Shown: positions 26,552 to 34,971, counted from the first letter of the stretch. The stretch: 35,280 bases of DNA from an uncultured Candidatus Saccharibacteria bacterium (GCA_964350885.1 CAYGKV010000007.1:1-35280), one strand, 5' to 3'. The notes: generated by a model from the sequence alone, not told the origin. Made by a program: numbers and translations.

Positions 26552-26728
26552 AGTGCCGGGGGTGGGACTCTGCTAAGAACACTTTTTCTCGCCGCCGCTC
26601 AAAAAAGTTTCTCAGCCCTGCTCACGCGACCCATACTGCTGCACGGGTCCCCGCGCTCGCCTTCTCGTCCCACTCCGAGCAAAGCCATTAGCAAAACCGG
26701 AGACAGGCTCTGATTTTGAATGTCTTAG
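26552..26728 (-). repeat. tRNA-3'-linked GC-rich module (Leu-UAA copy) ending in a 19-nt direct repeat of the tRNA 3' part
   Basis: agtgccgggggtgggactc occurs at 26727-26745 (tRNA 3' end plus 2 nt) and at 26552-26570. The interior carries ctcgccttct (26656-26665) and the hairpin at 26581-26608. Confidence 0.8.
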
Positions 26729-26812
26729 TGCCGGGGGTGGGACTCGAACCCACACGTTCTTTCGAACAATTGATCTTAAGTCAATTGCGGCTACCAATTA
26801 CGCCACCCCGAC
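26729..26812 (-). tRNA. tRNA-Leu (anticodon UAA), no encoded CCA
   Basis: Reverse complement GTCGGGGTGGCGTAATTGGTAGCCGCAATTGACTTAAGATCAATTG...GTGGGTTCGAGTCCCACCCCCGGCA. Anticodon loop CTTAAGA. Confidence 0.9.
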
Positions 26813-27287
26813 GTCCTCTATTTTTACCACGATGTGTGGGTTTTAAGCTATGGCAGTTGGGACAAAGGATCCGGAGGTTCTCAATGCGGTTATCGTGACG
26901 GTCTCCATTAATGTGATCAAGCTCAAGGGGTAATCTATCATTCTCAGCTCTCTGTGCCCACTTACATTCCTCGCAGTGTTGGGGCTTTATGCCCTCGGCA
27001 AAAAGCCTTTTCTTTAACTTGTAGCTCTGGTACGTACTATCTTTGACGAGGATTTGAGATGTTGGAATAAGTGGCATTATTCTGCCGCGCAACCCTTTGT
27101 TCCAGGCCTTGCCTTTGAAATGGGAAATGTCGAGTGCTAGATTTTTAACATATTGCCTAACGTGCTCGTAGTTCCCACCTGCCTGAACAAGGCCGATCTT
27201 TGCGATCACTTGCCGAAAGCTGAAAGAATCCTTAACTGCATTAACTAGTTGCTTCTCAGTCCAACGGTGTTTTCTCCGCATCGCCAT
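26781..27287 (-). CDS. HNH endonuclease (free-standing, homing-endonuclease-like)
   Basis: 168 aa with LELDHINGDRHDNRIENLRILCPNCH (the HNH/His-Me finger with a Cys pair) and an N-terminal putative DNA-binding region. The last 10 codons plus the stop lie inside tRNA-Leu(UAA). Confidence 0.85.
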   Translation of the reverse strand: MAMRRKHRWTEKQLVNAVKDSFSFRQVIAKIGLVQAGGNYEHVRQYVKNLALDISHFKGKAWNKGLRGRIMPLIPTSQILVKDSTYQSYKLKKRLFAEGIKPQHCEECKWAQRAENDRLPLELDHINGDRHDNRIENLRILCPNCHSLKPTHRGKNRGRRGGVIGSRN

Positions 27288-27384
27288 TGTTCGAGCGTAT
27301 CATGGCTTACGCACAGAAACTACCTACCAATTGCGTATACCATGTAGAAAAACGTGCTAAAGTACACGCGTTAGCCCGACTTTT

Positions 27385-27456
27385 GGCCACGTGGTGAAGG
27401 GGTAACACGGGAGTCTGCAAAACTCTTATGCGCGGGTTCGAGTCCCGCCGTGGCCT
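27385..27456 (+). tRNA. tRNA-Cys (anticodon GCA), no encoded CCA
   Basis: GGCCACGTGGTGAAGGGGTAACACGGGAGTCTGCAAAACTCTTATGCGCGGGTTCGAGTCCCGCCGTGGCCT. Anticodon loop CTGCAAA, discriminator U. Confidence 0.9.
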
Positions 27457-27460
27457 CAAT

Positions 27461-27784
27461 TTATTTCCGCGTTAATTCATCGATGCGCTGACGATTCTTT
27501 TCTCCGAGGTCGATTTCGAAATCAACGATCGGGATGGGATGTAAGAGCGCGTGTTTTTTTATGTAGTCACGAAAGTCGCTGCGGCTTCGTTTTGCAAACG
27601 TGAGCGCCGCTTTCTCGCTCGTTTGCGGGAGGACAGAAAAATAGATCGTGGCTGTCTTGAAGTGGGGGGCGACCTCGGCGTGCGTGACTGTGATGAGCGC
27701 CTTCACGTTTGATTCGCGCGCGAGGAAGTCGCCTGCAAGATGGGCCAGTGCTTCCTCGATTTGTGTGTGGCGTATCGATCCCAT
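27461..27784 (-). CDS. rbfA: Ribosome-binding factor A
   Basis: 107 aa. Follows infB in the conserved order. ITVTHAEVAPHFKTATIYFSV is the RbfA KH-like pattern. Confidence 0.8.
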   Translation of the reverse strand: MGSIRHTQIEEALAHLAGDFLARESNVKALITVTHAEVAPHFKTATIYFSVLPQTSEKAALTFAKRSRSDFRDYIKKHALLHPIPIVDFEIDLGEKNRQRIDELTRK

Positions 27785-27789
27785 AGGAA

Positions 27790-29301
27790 TTATTGAAATG
27801 AGACCCTAAAGTTCTCGAGCGTGTCGCCGGGGAGGATTTCAAACGGGGCGGAGATTTGAGCGCCGAACTCTCGGTCTATCTCGATTCTGCCGACATCCTC
27901 TTTGTTGGCCTGAATGTTTTTTATCTTTCCGACTCCGATCACTTCATTTCGACGCATGATGCGCACCTCTCCGCCACGCTCGAGAAAGCCCTCTGATACC
28001 TTCCCACCGATGACATGTGCGTCCTTGCGGGTGGAAAATTGCTTGAGAACTTTTGCACGGCCGATAACTTCCTCCACTCGCCGTTTTGGTGCGCCTTCCT
28101 GGAGGAGTTCCTCGAGACGCTCGGTGAGTTTATAAATGATCGTGAATGTCTCAATGTTGATTCCGTGCTGAAGGGCGAGCGCTGATGCGATTCCATCGAT
28201 CCCAACATTGAATCCGATGACTGCAGCTGGCGTCTCGCTTGCGATTGCTGCCTTCACGTCATTTTCAGATATTGCGCCGATCCCGGATTGCACGATATGT
28301 ACCCGCGCATGCTCGCTCCCAAGCTTTGCGGCCTCTTGCACGATTGCTTCGAGGGAACCCGTCGCGTCTGCGCGGATAATGACGGGCAACGAGAAGGGGC
28401 CGATCTCGCCCTCGGCGAGTACAGGCTGCGCGGCGTTTTGTTTCCCCGCAAGGGGCGCGGCTGGGCGTGCCCGCTCAGCATCTTTCTTAGATGGGTATGC
28501 GTGAAATTCTTCACCCACTTCAGGCAACATATCAAATCCGACAAGTTGTATGGGTGAGGAGAAGCTTGCTTCGGTGATATTTTTGCCCGCGTGATTTTCC
28601 ATAATACGTACTGGAGCGAGCGAGCGGCCCGCGAGTACTGCCATGCCAAAACGCAGTGTGCCGTCAGCGATGATGAGGGTCGCCGCGAGACCGCGCTTTT
28701 GGTCACGATGCGCTTCGATCACGTAGCCTTTCGCGGGGGCAGATGTGTCGCCGGTAAATCCTTCGATCTCGGCCACAAGCAAAATGAGATCCAGAAGTTC
28801 TTCCACGCCAGCACCTGTTTTTGCAGAGATTGCAGCCCACGGCACGTCGCCGCCGTACTTTTCGAGGTACACCTCTTGATCCAACAACATACGTATCGCC
28901 CGCTCTTGGTCCGCGGTTGGTTTGTCTATTTTGTTGATCGCGACAATAAAGGGTGTGCCCGCATCGCGTATGCTCTTAAGGGCTTCAAGTGTTTGAGCTT
29001 TGACACCGTCGTCGGCTGCAACCACTAATATCGCGATATCGGCAGCTGTGGCACCCCGCGCGCGAATCGCGCTAAAGGCCGCGTGTCCCGGAGTGTCGAT
29101 AAACGTAATGCGTTTCTTGATTCCTTTTTTCTCCCGTTCCACCTCATACGCGGCTACGTGTTGAGTTATGCCGCCGGCCTCTTTGGCCACCGTGTTTGAT
29201 TTTCGGATGAAATCGAGAAGCGTGGACTTACCGTGATCGACGTGGCCCAACACTGCCACAATAGGAGGACGTTCGATTTGATGTGCTGGTTCGTTTTTCA
29301 T
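27790..29301 (-). CDS. infB: Translation initiation factor IF-2 (short form lacking the N-terminal extension)
   Basis: 503 aa. G1 GHVDHGKSTLLD, G3 DTPGH, G4 NKID, followed by beta-barrel/C-domains. Confidence 0.93.
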   Translation of the reverse strand: MKNEPAHQIERPPIVAVLGHVDHGKSTLLDFIRKSNTVAKEAGGITQHVAAYEVEREKKGIKKRITFIDTPGHAAFSAIRARGATAADIAILVVAADDGVKAQTLEALKSIRDAGTPFIVAINKIDKPTADQERAIRMLLDQEVYLEKYGGDVPWAAISAKTGAGVEELLDLILLVAEIEGFTGDTSAPAKGYVIEAHRDQKRGLAATLIIADGTLRFGMAVLAGRSLAPVRIMENHAGKNITEASFSSPIQLVGFDMLPEVGEEFHAYPSKKDAERARPAAPLAGKQNAAQPVLAEGEIGPFSLPVIIRADATGSLEAIVQEAAKLGSEHARVHIVQSGIGAISENDVKAAIASETPAAVIGFNVGIDGIASALALQHGINIETFTIIYKLTERLEELLQEGAPKRRVEEVIGRAKVLKQFSTRKDAHVIGGKVSEGFLERGGEVRIMRRNEVIGVGKIKNIQANKEDVGRIEIDREFGAQISAPFEILPGDTLENFRVSFQ

Positions 29302-29400
29302 ACAAGGTAGTCATAGGGCCGGTCCAGGAGATATGTCGGATGGAGTATACAATTTATTTTGCGATTTGTAAAAGAAGGCGCTTACGCGCACAATGGACGC

Positions 29401-30603
29401 ATGTGGAGATTCAAGAAACCCTACTTCGTTAAAACTACGAAGGACAGGCGCATATATCTCGATTACGCGAGCGCGACGCCGATTGTATCTGAAGCGCAAA
29501 AAGCGCTCATCTCTGCACTTCGGATATACGCGAATCCGGGCGCGATTCATTCAGAGGGGGTTGTCGCGCGGCGGGCACTCGCGAGCGCGCGCGAGCGCAT
29601 CGCGGCGCATCTCGGGTGCAAGGCGCGGGAAGTGATCTTTGCCTCGGGGCTCACGGAAGCAAATGCAATCGCGATTGTGGGCGCGGCTCGCGCACTACTC
29701 CTCCAAAGACGTACGCTGAAAGGTACTCACTGGATCGTCAGCTCAATCGAGCATTCTTCGGTCTTGGAATGCTTTGCAGAAGTTGAGCGAATGGGAGGCA
29801 GCGTGACGCACGTCGACCCTGATCCAAGCGGGATCATATCTCCCCAGCGTATATTGAGCGCACTCAAACAGGGGACGGTATTTGTGTCGGTCGGGTGGGG
29901 GAATAATGAGATCGGTATCATTCAGCCACTTTCAGAAATCGCGCGATCAATACGTGAGCATGAGAAGAAGCATGATTCTATAGTTCTTTTCCACAGTGAT
30001 GCCGGGCAAGCCCCGCTCTACCTCAAAACGCAAGTACATAGTCTTGGGGTTGATATGTTTTCTCTTGGTTCAGGAAAACTCTACGGCCCGCGAGGTATCG
30101 GCGCTCTGTATCTGCGCAATCGCGCGGAGCTCGCCCCCATTGTATTCGGAGGAGGGCAGGAGCGCGGATTGCGGAGCGGGACGGAAGATCCGGTACTCGC
30201 GATTGGTTTTGCAGAAGCATACGACGCGATCGCGAAAGAGCGTGAAAGTGAGGCGCGGCGCTTGCGAGATTTGCGGGACGCTCTTGCTCACGGAATCATG
30301 GAGAAAATTCCTGGCGTGGTTGTTAATGGAAATCTAAAACATGCGATGCCGCACATGCTCAACATTTCGATTCCCGGGGAGAGAAGCGGCGAGTATCTCG
30401 TACTCGCTCTCGACGCGAAAGGCATAGCGCTCTCCACGAAGAGTGCGTGTCGGGAAGGGGAGGCAATCTCGCATGTTGTGGGTGCGCTTGGAGGAGATCC
30501 TTGGCGTGCAAAAAACACTCTTCGATTCTCACTCGGGCGCGATACCACGGCACGTGATCTCAAACGTATAATTATGACGCTTGAAGAATTACTCAGACCT
30601 TGA
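29401..30603 (+). CDS. Cysteine desulfurase (class V aminotransferase, NifS/IscS-like)
   Basis: YLDYASATP N-terminus, a PLP-Lys region SLGSGKLYGPRGIG, and an active-site Cys loop STKSACREG. ATG 29401 is preferred over the TTG at 29359. Confidence 0.85.
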   Translation: MWRFKKPYFVKTTKDRRIYLDYASATPIVSEAQKALISALRIYANPGAIHSEGVVARRALASARERIAAHLGCKAREVIFASGLTEANAIAIVGAARALLLQRRTLKGTHWIVSSIEHSSVLECFAEVERMGGSVTHVDPDPSGIISPQRILSALKQGTVFVSVGWGNNEIGIIQPLSEIARSIREHEKKHDSIVLFHSDAGQAPLYLKTQVHSLGVDMFSLGSGKLYGPRGIGALYLRNRAELAPIVFGGGQERGLRSGTEDPVLAIGFAEAYDAIAKERESEARRLRDLRDALAHGIMEKIPGVVVNGNLKHAMPHMLNISIPGERSGEYLVLALDAKGIALSTKSACREGEAISHVVGALGGDPWRAKNTLRFSLGRDTTARDLKRIIMTLEELLRP

Positions 30604-30632
30604 TTTTTATGTGGTTGTGATACGATGCGCGT

Positions 30633-31472
30633 ATGAACATGGAGGAACTTTCAAAGTCTCAAATCATACTCCTCACCCTTCTTGTCTCCTTCGTAACATC
30701 GATCGCGACCGGCATCGTCACGGTTTCCCTCATGGATCAGGCGCCACCGGCAATCGCTCAGACCGTCAATCGAATCATAGAGCGTACGGTAGAAAAGGTA
30801 GTCCCTGCGGGCCAGTCCGCAGCGACCGTGGTCACGCAAGAGAAGACCATTGTGGTAAAAGAATCCGAGCTTATCTCAAAGGCGGTAGAGCTCGTCAATG
30901 TCTCGACCGTGCGCTTGTATGCGAGTGGTGCGGAAAATCCGGCTTTTCTCGGATTGGGGATCGTCATTGATTCTTCAGGGACCATCGTTGGTGATGCGGA
31001 TAGTTTGGGTGAGGGCGTCGTTGATGTGGTTGCAGAGCTTGCTGACAAATCGAAAGTTCGTGCGACTGTCTCCGTTACGGACACTATTTCCGGTCTTGTG
31101 CACTTTACTACCGGGACGACGACGGTAGACGCGAAACCAGATGCGAAGCCGATCGTATGGTCACCCGTTACGGTAGCGACGGGGCGTCCGATGTTGGGGG
31201 AAACAGTCGTTATGCTTGCCGGGAAGACCATCGCGCGTATCGGTGCGGGAATCGTGACAGCTGTCAGCACTGCATCAGACACCGGGCCCGGAATCATTGA
31301 GACAGACATCGCAGCGGACTCGATAATCTCGGGTTCCCCACTTATTGATTCAGATGGAACTCTTTTGGGCATAAGCACCCATGCTTCCCGCAATGCTTCA
31401 GCGTCGGGATTCGTCTCGGCCACAATCCTCCTGAAGCCGGCACCCACCGAGGAAGAGAAAAAAGAAGAGTAA
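30633..31472 (+). CDS. Membrane-anchored trypsin-fold (HtrA/S1C-like) domain protein, possibly non-catalytic
   Basis: 279 aa with an N-terminal TM. GLGIVIDSSGTIVGDADSL and ETDIAADSIISGSPLIDSDGTLLGI align by eye to the HtrA His-box and Ser-box regions. The His position is not conserved. Confidence 0.6.
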   Translation: MNMEELSKSQIILLTLLVSFVTSIATGIVTVSLMDQAPPAIAQTVNRIIERTVEKVVPAGQSAATVVTQEKTIVVKESELISKAVELVNVSTVRLYASGAENPAFLGLGIVIDSSGTIVGDADSLGEGVVDVVAELADKSKVRATVSVTDTISGLVHFTTGTTTVDAKPDAKPIVWSPVTVATGRPMLGETVVMLAGKTIARIGAGIVTAVSTASDTGPGIIETDIAADSIISGSPLIDSDGTLLGISTHASRNASASGFVSATILLKPAPTEEEKKEE

Positions 31473-31534
31473 TAAAAGTTCGCACAATGTACAAATCTGT
31501 GGTAAAATTTGCTTGTAAATAAGTTATTTATTGT

Positions 31535-34246
31535 ATGGCTCCATTCAATAATTACACGACCAAGGCTAAAGAGGCGATTCACCGCTCACACCAGCTTGCG
31601 GTAGAGCGCGGGCATAACCAAGTATCGACCCTCCATCTCCTCGCCGCACTTTTGATGCAAGAAGAAACGATGGTTGTGCCTATGCTCGAACAGGTAGAGA
31701 TCGACGTGGCGCACCTAAGCGACTCGATTCTCGAATTGATAGAGGGGAGCAGCGGAAATACTGCCGTATCGCCTTCTTTCCAGCTGTACCTTACGCCGGA
31801 GTTGGTCCGTGTGTTTGAGGCGGCACCGCGCATTGCAGCGTCGTTTAATGATCAGTTTGTCTCGCCAGAACACCTTTTGCTCGGTATCGCAGAACATCCA
31901 GGACCTGCCTCAGACATCTTGTCGCGTTTTCGTATCGATCGCGCTGCACTTGCGCGCGTGCTCACGGATATTAAAGAAGGGAAAATCCGAGATACAGAGA
32001 CAACAGCCAAACCGCGTGCGCTAACGCGCTTTGCGCGCTCGCTCACCGACCGTGCACGGGAGAACAAACTTGACCCCGTCATTGGGCGTGACACCGAGAT
32101 CACCCGCGTGATCCAAATACTTTCTCGACGCACCAAAAACAACCCGATTCTTATCGGCGAAGCTGGGGTGGGGAAGACTGCGGTCGCCGAAGGCTTGGCA
32201 CAGCGCATTGCAAATGGCGATGTGCCTGAATCTTTGCGCGGCAAGGAGCTCATACAACTTGATCTTGGGCTTTTGATCGCGGGTACAAAATACCGGGGCG
32301 AGTTTGAGGAACGCCTCAAGGCGGTCATGAAGGAGGTGGAGCGCTCCGAGGGTAAAATCATTCTCTTTATTGATGAGATTCATACGCTCGTTGGCGCGGG
32401 TGCGGCAGAAGGCTCTATGGATGCCTCCAACATGTTGAAGCCAGCGCTCGCGCGCGGAGAGATTCGCGTTGTAGGTGCGACGACTATCAAGGAATACCAA
32501 AAACACATCGAGCACGATGCGGCTCTCACGCGCCGATTCCAGCCTGTGTATGTGAACGAGCCTTCGGTCGAAGATGCGATCGCGATTTTGCGAGGCCTGA
32601 AAGAGCGTTATGAGCTCTATCACGGTGTGCACATCACAGATGATGCGATGGTCGCGGCAGTGCAACTCTCCGCGCGGTACATTACAGAGCGATTCTTACC
32701 GGATAAAGCAATTGATCTCATAGACGAAGCATCGTCTGCGTTGCGGCTCTCGCTCGAGAACAAGCCGCCGATTCTCGAAGAGGCTCACCGCAAGGTGACG
32801 CGCCTCGAAATCGAGCGTGAAGCCCTGAAGAAGGAGTCGGAGGCAGGAGAAGGGAAAGCGCGTACGCGGGTCAAGTCAATTGAAAAGGAGATTGCCGATC
32901 TCCGTGACGCAACACGCGAACTTGAAATGAAGTGGAAGAATGAGAAAGAAACGCTCACGGAAATCAAACGCGCCAAGAGCGAGCTGGAGCAGTCGCGTAT
33001 CGAGGCTGATGCGGCAGAGAGCATAGCTGACTTTACGAAGACCGCCGAGTTGCGCTATGGCAGAATTCCGAATCTCGAGCGCGAGATCGAAGTAGCGCAG
33101 AAGCGCCTCAAGAAGCTCCAGCAGACCCGACGAGTGCTGAAAGAAGAGATTACTGAAGAAGATATCGCCGCGGTCGTTTCTCGATGGACGGGCGTGCCTG
33201 TAGCACGCATGCTTGAAGAAGAGGCCGAGAAACTTTCTCGAATCGACGGCGAACTCAAGAAGCGCATCGTAGGACAAGATGAGGCGGTACAGAGAGTCTC
33301 TGACGCTATCAAACGGTCTCGTGCAGGAATTGCAGACCCGAATCGTCCGGTAGGCTCCTTCCTCTTCCTTGGTCCGACTGGTGTGGGGAAAACCGAATTG
33401 ACACGGGCGCTCGCGGAATTTCTTTTCAATAGCGACAAATCCTTGATTCGTGTCGATATGTCTGAGTACATGGAGAAGCACTCTGTCTCCAAGATGATCG
33501 GCTCGCCTCCGGGCTATGTCGGCTACGACGAGGGTGGGGGACTTACCGAGCTTGTGCGACATCGCCCCTACTCGGTTATCCTCTTCGATGAGATTGAAAA
33601 AGCACACCCGGAAGTTTTCAACATTCTTTTGCAAGTCTTGGACAACGGCCGCCTAACCGATGCGAAGGGTCGCGTCGTGAACTTCAAAAATTCTGTCATC
33701 ATCATGACCTCAAATATCGGCTCCGAGCACATCGACAAGATGTCTGGTTTGGGTTTCGGCAGCGGCCTCTCGAAGACCGAGGGCGAACGCTACGATCAAG
33801 TGAAGGAGCGGGTGATGGGTTCTCTCAAAGAATTTTTCCGTCCCGAATTCCTCAATCGTCTCGATGAGATCATTCTCTTCAATATCTTGGGAACGGAGGC
33901 GATCAAAGACATTGTACGGATGCAGATTAAAATTGTATCCGAGCGTCTGACCGAAAAACAGATAACACTCTCGTTTACAGATGCTGCGCTCGATCATTTG
34001 GCAAAAGAGGGGTACAGCCCGCAGTATGGCGCTCGACCGCTGAAGCGCCTCATTCAGACCAAAATCCTCACTCCCGTCGCCAATATGATGGTCGCACGCG
34101 GAGTGCTTGAGGGCGGCTCTGTGGCGGTGGATTTCAAGTCTGATGCTGGTATCGACGGGAAGGGCGAATTTACCTTCGATGTCCGCAAGGGGCCGGAGCG
34201 CAATCGCAGCGTTCGCTCTCGCGCTAAAGCATCGGTTAGTGCATAA
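31535..34246 (+). CDS. clpB: ATP-dependent chaperone/disaggregase ClpB
   Basis: 903 aa. Clp N-domain repeats, Walker A GEAGVGKT and GPTGVGKTE, a long coiled-coil M-domain between the NBDs, and GARPLKR. Confidence 0.96.
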   Translation: MAPFNNYTTKAKEAIHRSHQLAVERGHNQVSTLHLLAALLMQEETMVVPMLEQVEIDVAHLSDSILELIEGSSGNTAVSPSFQLYLTPELVRVFEAAPRIAASFNDQFVSPEHLLLGIAEHPGPASDILSRFRIDRAALARVLTDIKEGKIRDTETTAKPRALTRFARSLTDRARENKLDPVIGRDTEITRVIQILSRRTKNNPILIGEAGVGKTAVAEGLAQRIANGDVPESLRGKELIQLDLGLLIAGTKYRGEFEERLKAVMKEVERSEGKIILFIDEIHTLVGAGAAEGSMDASNMLKPALARGEIRVVGATTIKEYQKHIEHDAALTRRFQPVYVNEPSVEDAIAILRGLKERYELYHGVHITDDAMVAAVQLSARYITERFLPDKAIDLIDEASSALRLSLENKPPILEEAHRKVTRLEIEREALKKESEAGEGKARTRVKSIEKEIADLRDATRELEMKWKNEKETLTEIKRAKSELEQSRIEADAAESIADFTKTAELRYGRIPNLEREIEVAQKRLKKLQQTRRVLKEEITEEDIAAVVSRWTGVPVARMLEEEAEKLSRIDGELKKRIVGQDEAVQRVSDAIKRSRAGIADPNRPVGSFLFLGPTGVGKTELTRALAEFLFNSDKSLIRVDMSEYMEKHSVSKMIGSPPGYVGYDEGGGLTELVRHRPYSVILFDEIEKAHPEVFNILLQVLDNGRLTDAKGRVVNFKNSVIIMTSNIGSEHIDKMSGLGFGSGLSKTEGERYDQVKERVMGSLKEFFRPEFLNRLDEIILFNILGTEAIKDIVRMQIKIVSERLTEKQITLSFTDAALDHLAKEGYSPQYGARPLKRLIQTKILTPVANMMVARGVLEGGSVAVDFKSDAGIDGKGEFTFDVRKGPERNRSVRSRAKASVSA

Positions 34247-34256
34247 TACCCGCACT

Positions 34257-34339
34257 GCGTCGGTGGCAGAGTGGTCAAATGCACGTGGCTGTAAACCACG
34301 CGACTTCGGTCTCCGCAGGTTCGAATCCTGCCCGACGCA
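34257..34339 (+). tRNA. tRNA-Tyr (anticodon GUA), class II long variable arm, no encoded CCA
   Basis: GCGTCGGTGGCAGAGTGGTCAAATGCACGTGGCTGTAAACCACGCGACTTCGGTCTCCGCAGGTTCGAATCCTGCCCGACGCA. Confidence 0.9.
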
Positions 34340-34474
34340 CTCGGTGCAAAAGACGTCCCTTGGGGACGTTTTTTGTGCAGAGATATGAGGATTCGAACCG
34401 CGGGCCGCAGCTCCCGACGAGGGGGCGAAGGTCTCGAGCGCAGCAGCGCGAGAGGCGAATCCTGCCCGGCGCAC
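34340..34474 (+). repeat. tRNA-3'-linked module (Tyr copy) ending in a 17/18 direct repeat of the tRNA-Tyr 3' part
   Basis: cgaatcctgcccgacgca (34322-34339) vs cgaatcctgcccggcgca (34456-34473). The interior holds a weaker partial copy (ggattcgaacc 34389-34399 ... cccgacg 34413-34419) and the hairpin at 34432-34453. Confidence 0.75.
34347..34375 (+). terminator. Rho-independent terminator directly after tRNA-Tyr
   Basis: aaaagacgtcc-cttg-ggacgtttttt: a stem followed by a T-run. Confidence 0.7.
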
Positions 34475-34502
34475 AGCATCTTCAGCGTGCTACAATATTT
34501 GC

Positions 34503-34907
34503 ATGACTCGGAAGTACTCGAACTGGTTTGTGGTGCTCGCGCTCCTTTTTTGCATGGCCCCCTCGCTTGCATTCGCTGCTCCGACCGGTGGTCTTGCAGG
34601 TCAAATTGTCCCAGAAGAGTGTAACGAAGTGGGTGGATGTAAATCGATCTGTAGTATTGCAGTCCTCGCTAGCAACGTCCTCAACACGGGTATTTATGTC
34701 ACGGTATTTCTTTCTGCCGTGCTCTTTGCTTGGGCGGGATGGCTGTATCTGACCGGTGTTGCAGGGAGTGATTTAAATCGCGCCAAGGAAATTTTCTTTA
34801 ATGTCGTCGTCGGCCTCGTCATTATCCTCATCGGCTGGCTCGTGGTGGATACGCTTATACGGACGCTGACGGGCAGCAAATTGGGCATGTGGAACGAGAT
34901 CTGCTGA
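34503..34907 (+). CDS. TrbC/VirB2-like (T4SS-pilin-like) small two-TM protein
   Basis: 134 aa. Signal peptide ...SLAFAAP, a Cys-rich IVPEECNEVGGCKSIC segment, and two TMs flanking TGVAGSDLNRAKE. Confidence 0.7.
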   Translation: MTRKYSNWFVVLALLFCMAPSLAFAAPTGGLAGQIVPEECNEVGGCKSICSIAVLASNVLNTGIYVTVFLSAVLFAWAGWLYLTGVAGSDLNRAKEIFFNVVVGLVIILIGWLVVDTLIRTLTGSKLGMWNEIC

Positions 34908-34971
34908 CCAGAGTCAGTCCTCGTTCGACGCTCGGTTGCAAAAAGGGCCTATTTCCCGTATAGTGCCGCGC

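Noticed and set aside
30758-31582. 274-aa minus-strand ORF
   Set aside because: It is antisense to the HtrA-like gene and runs into the clpB start region. It has no motifs, and the plus-strand gene has an N-terminal TM and protease-fold boxes.
33710-34572. 254-aa and 172-aa minus-strand ORFs
   Set aside because: They are antisense to the clpB 3' end and run straight through tRNA-Tyr, its terminator and the tRNA-linked module. They are not credible coding sequences.
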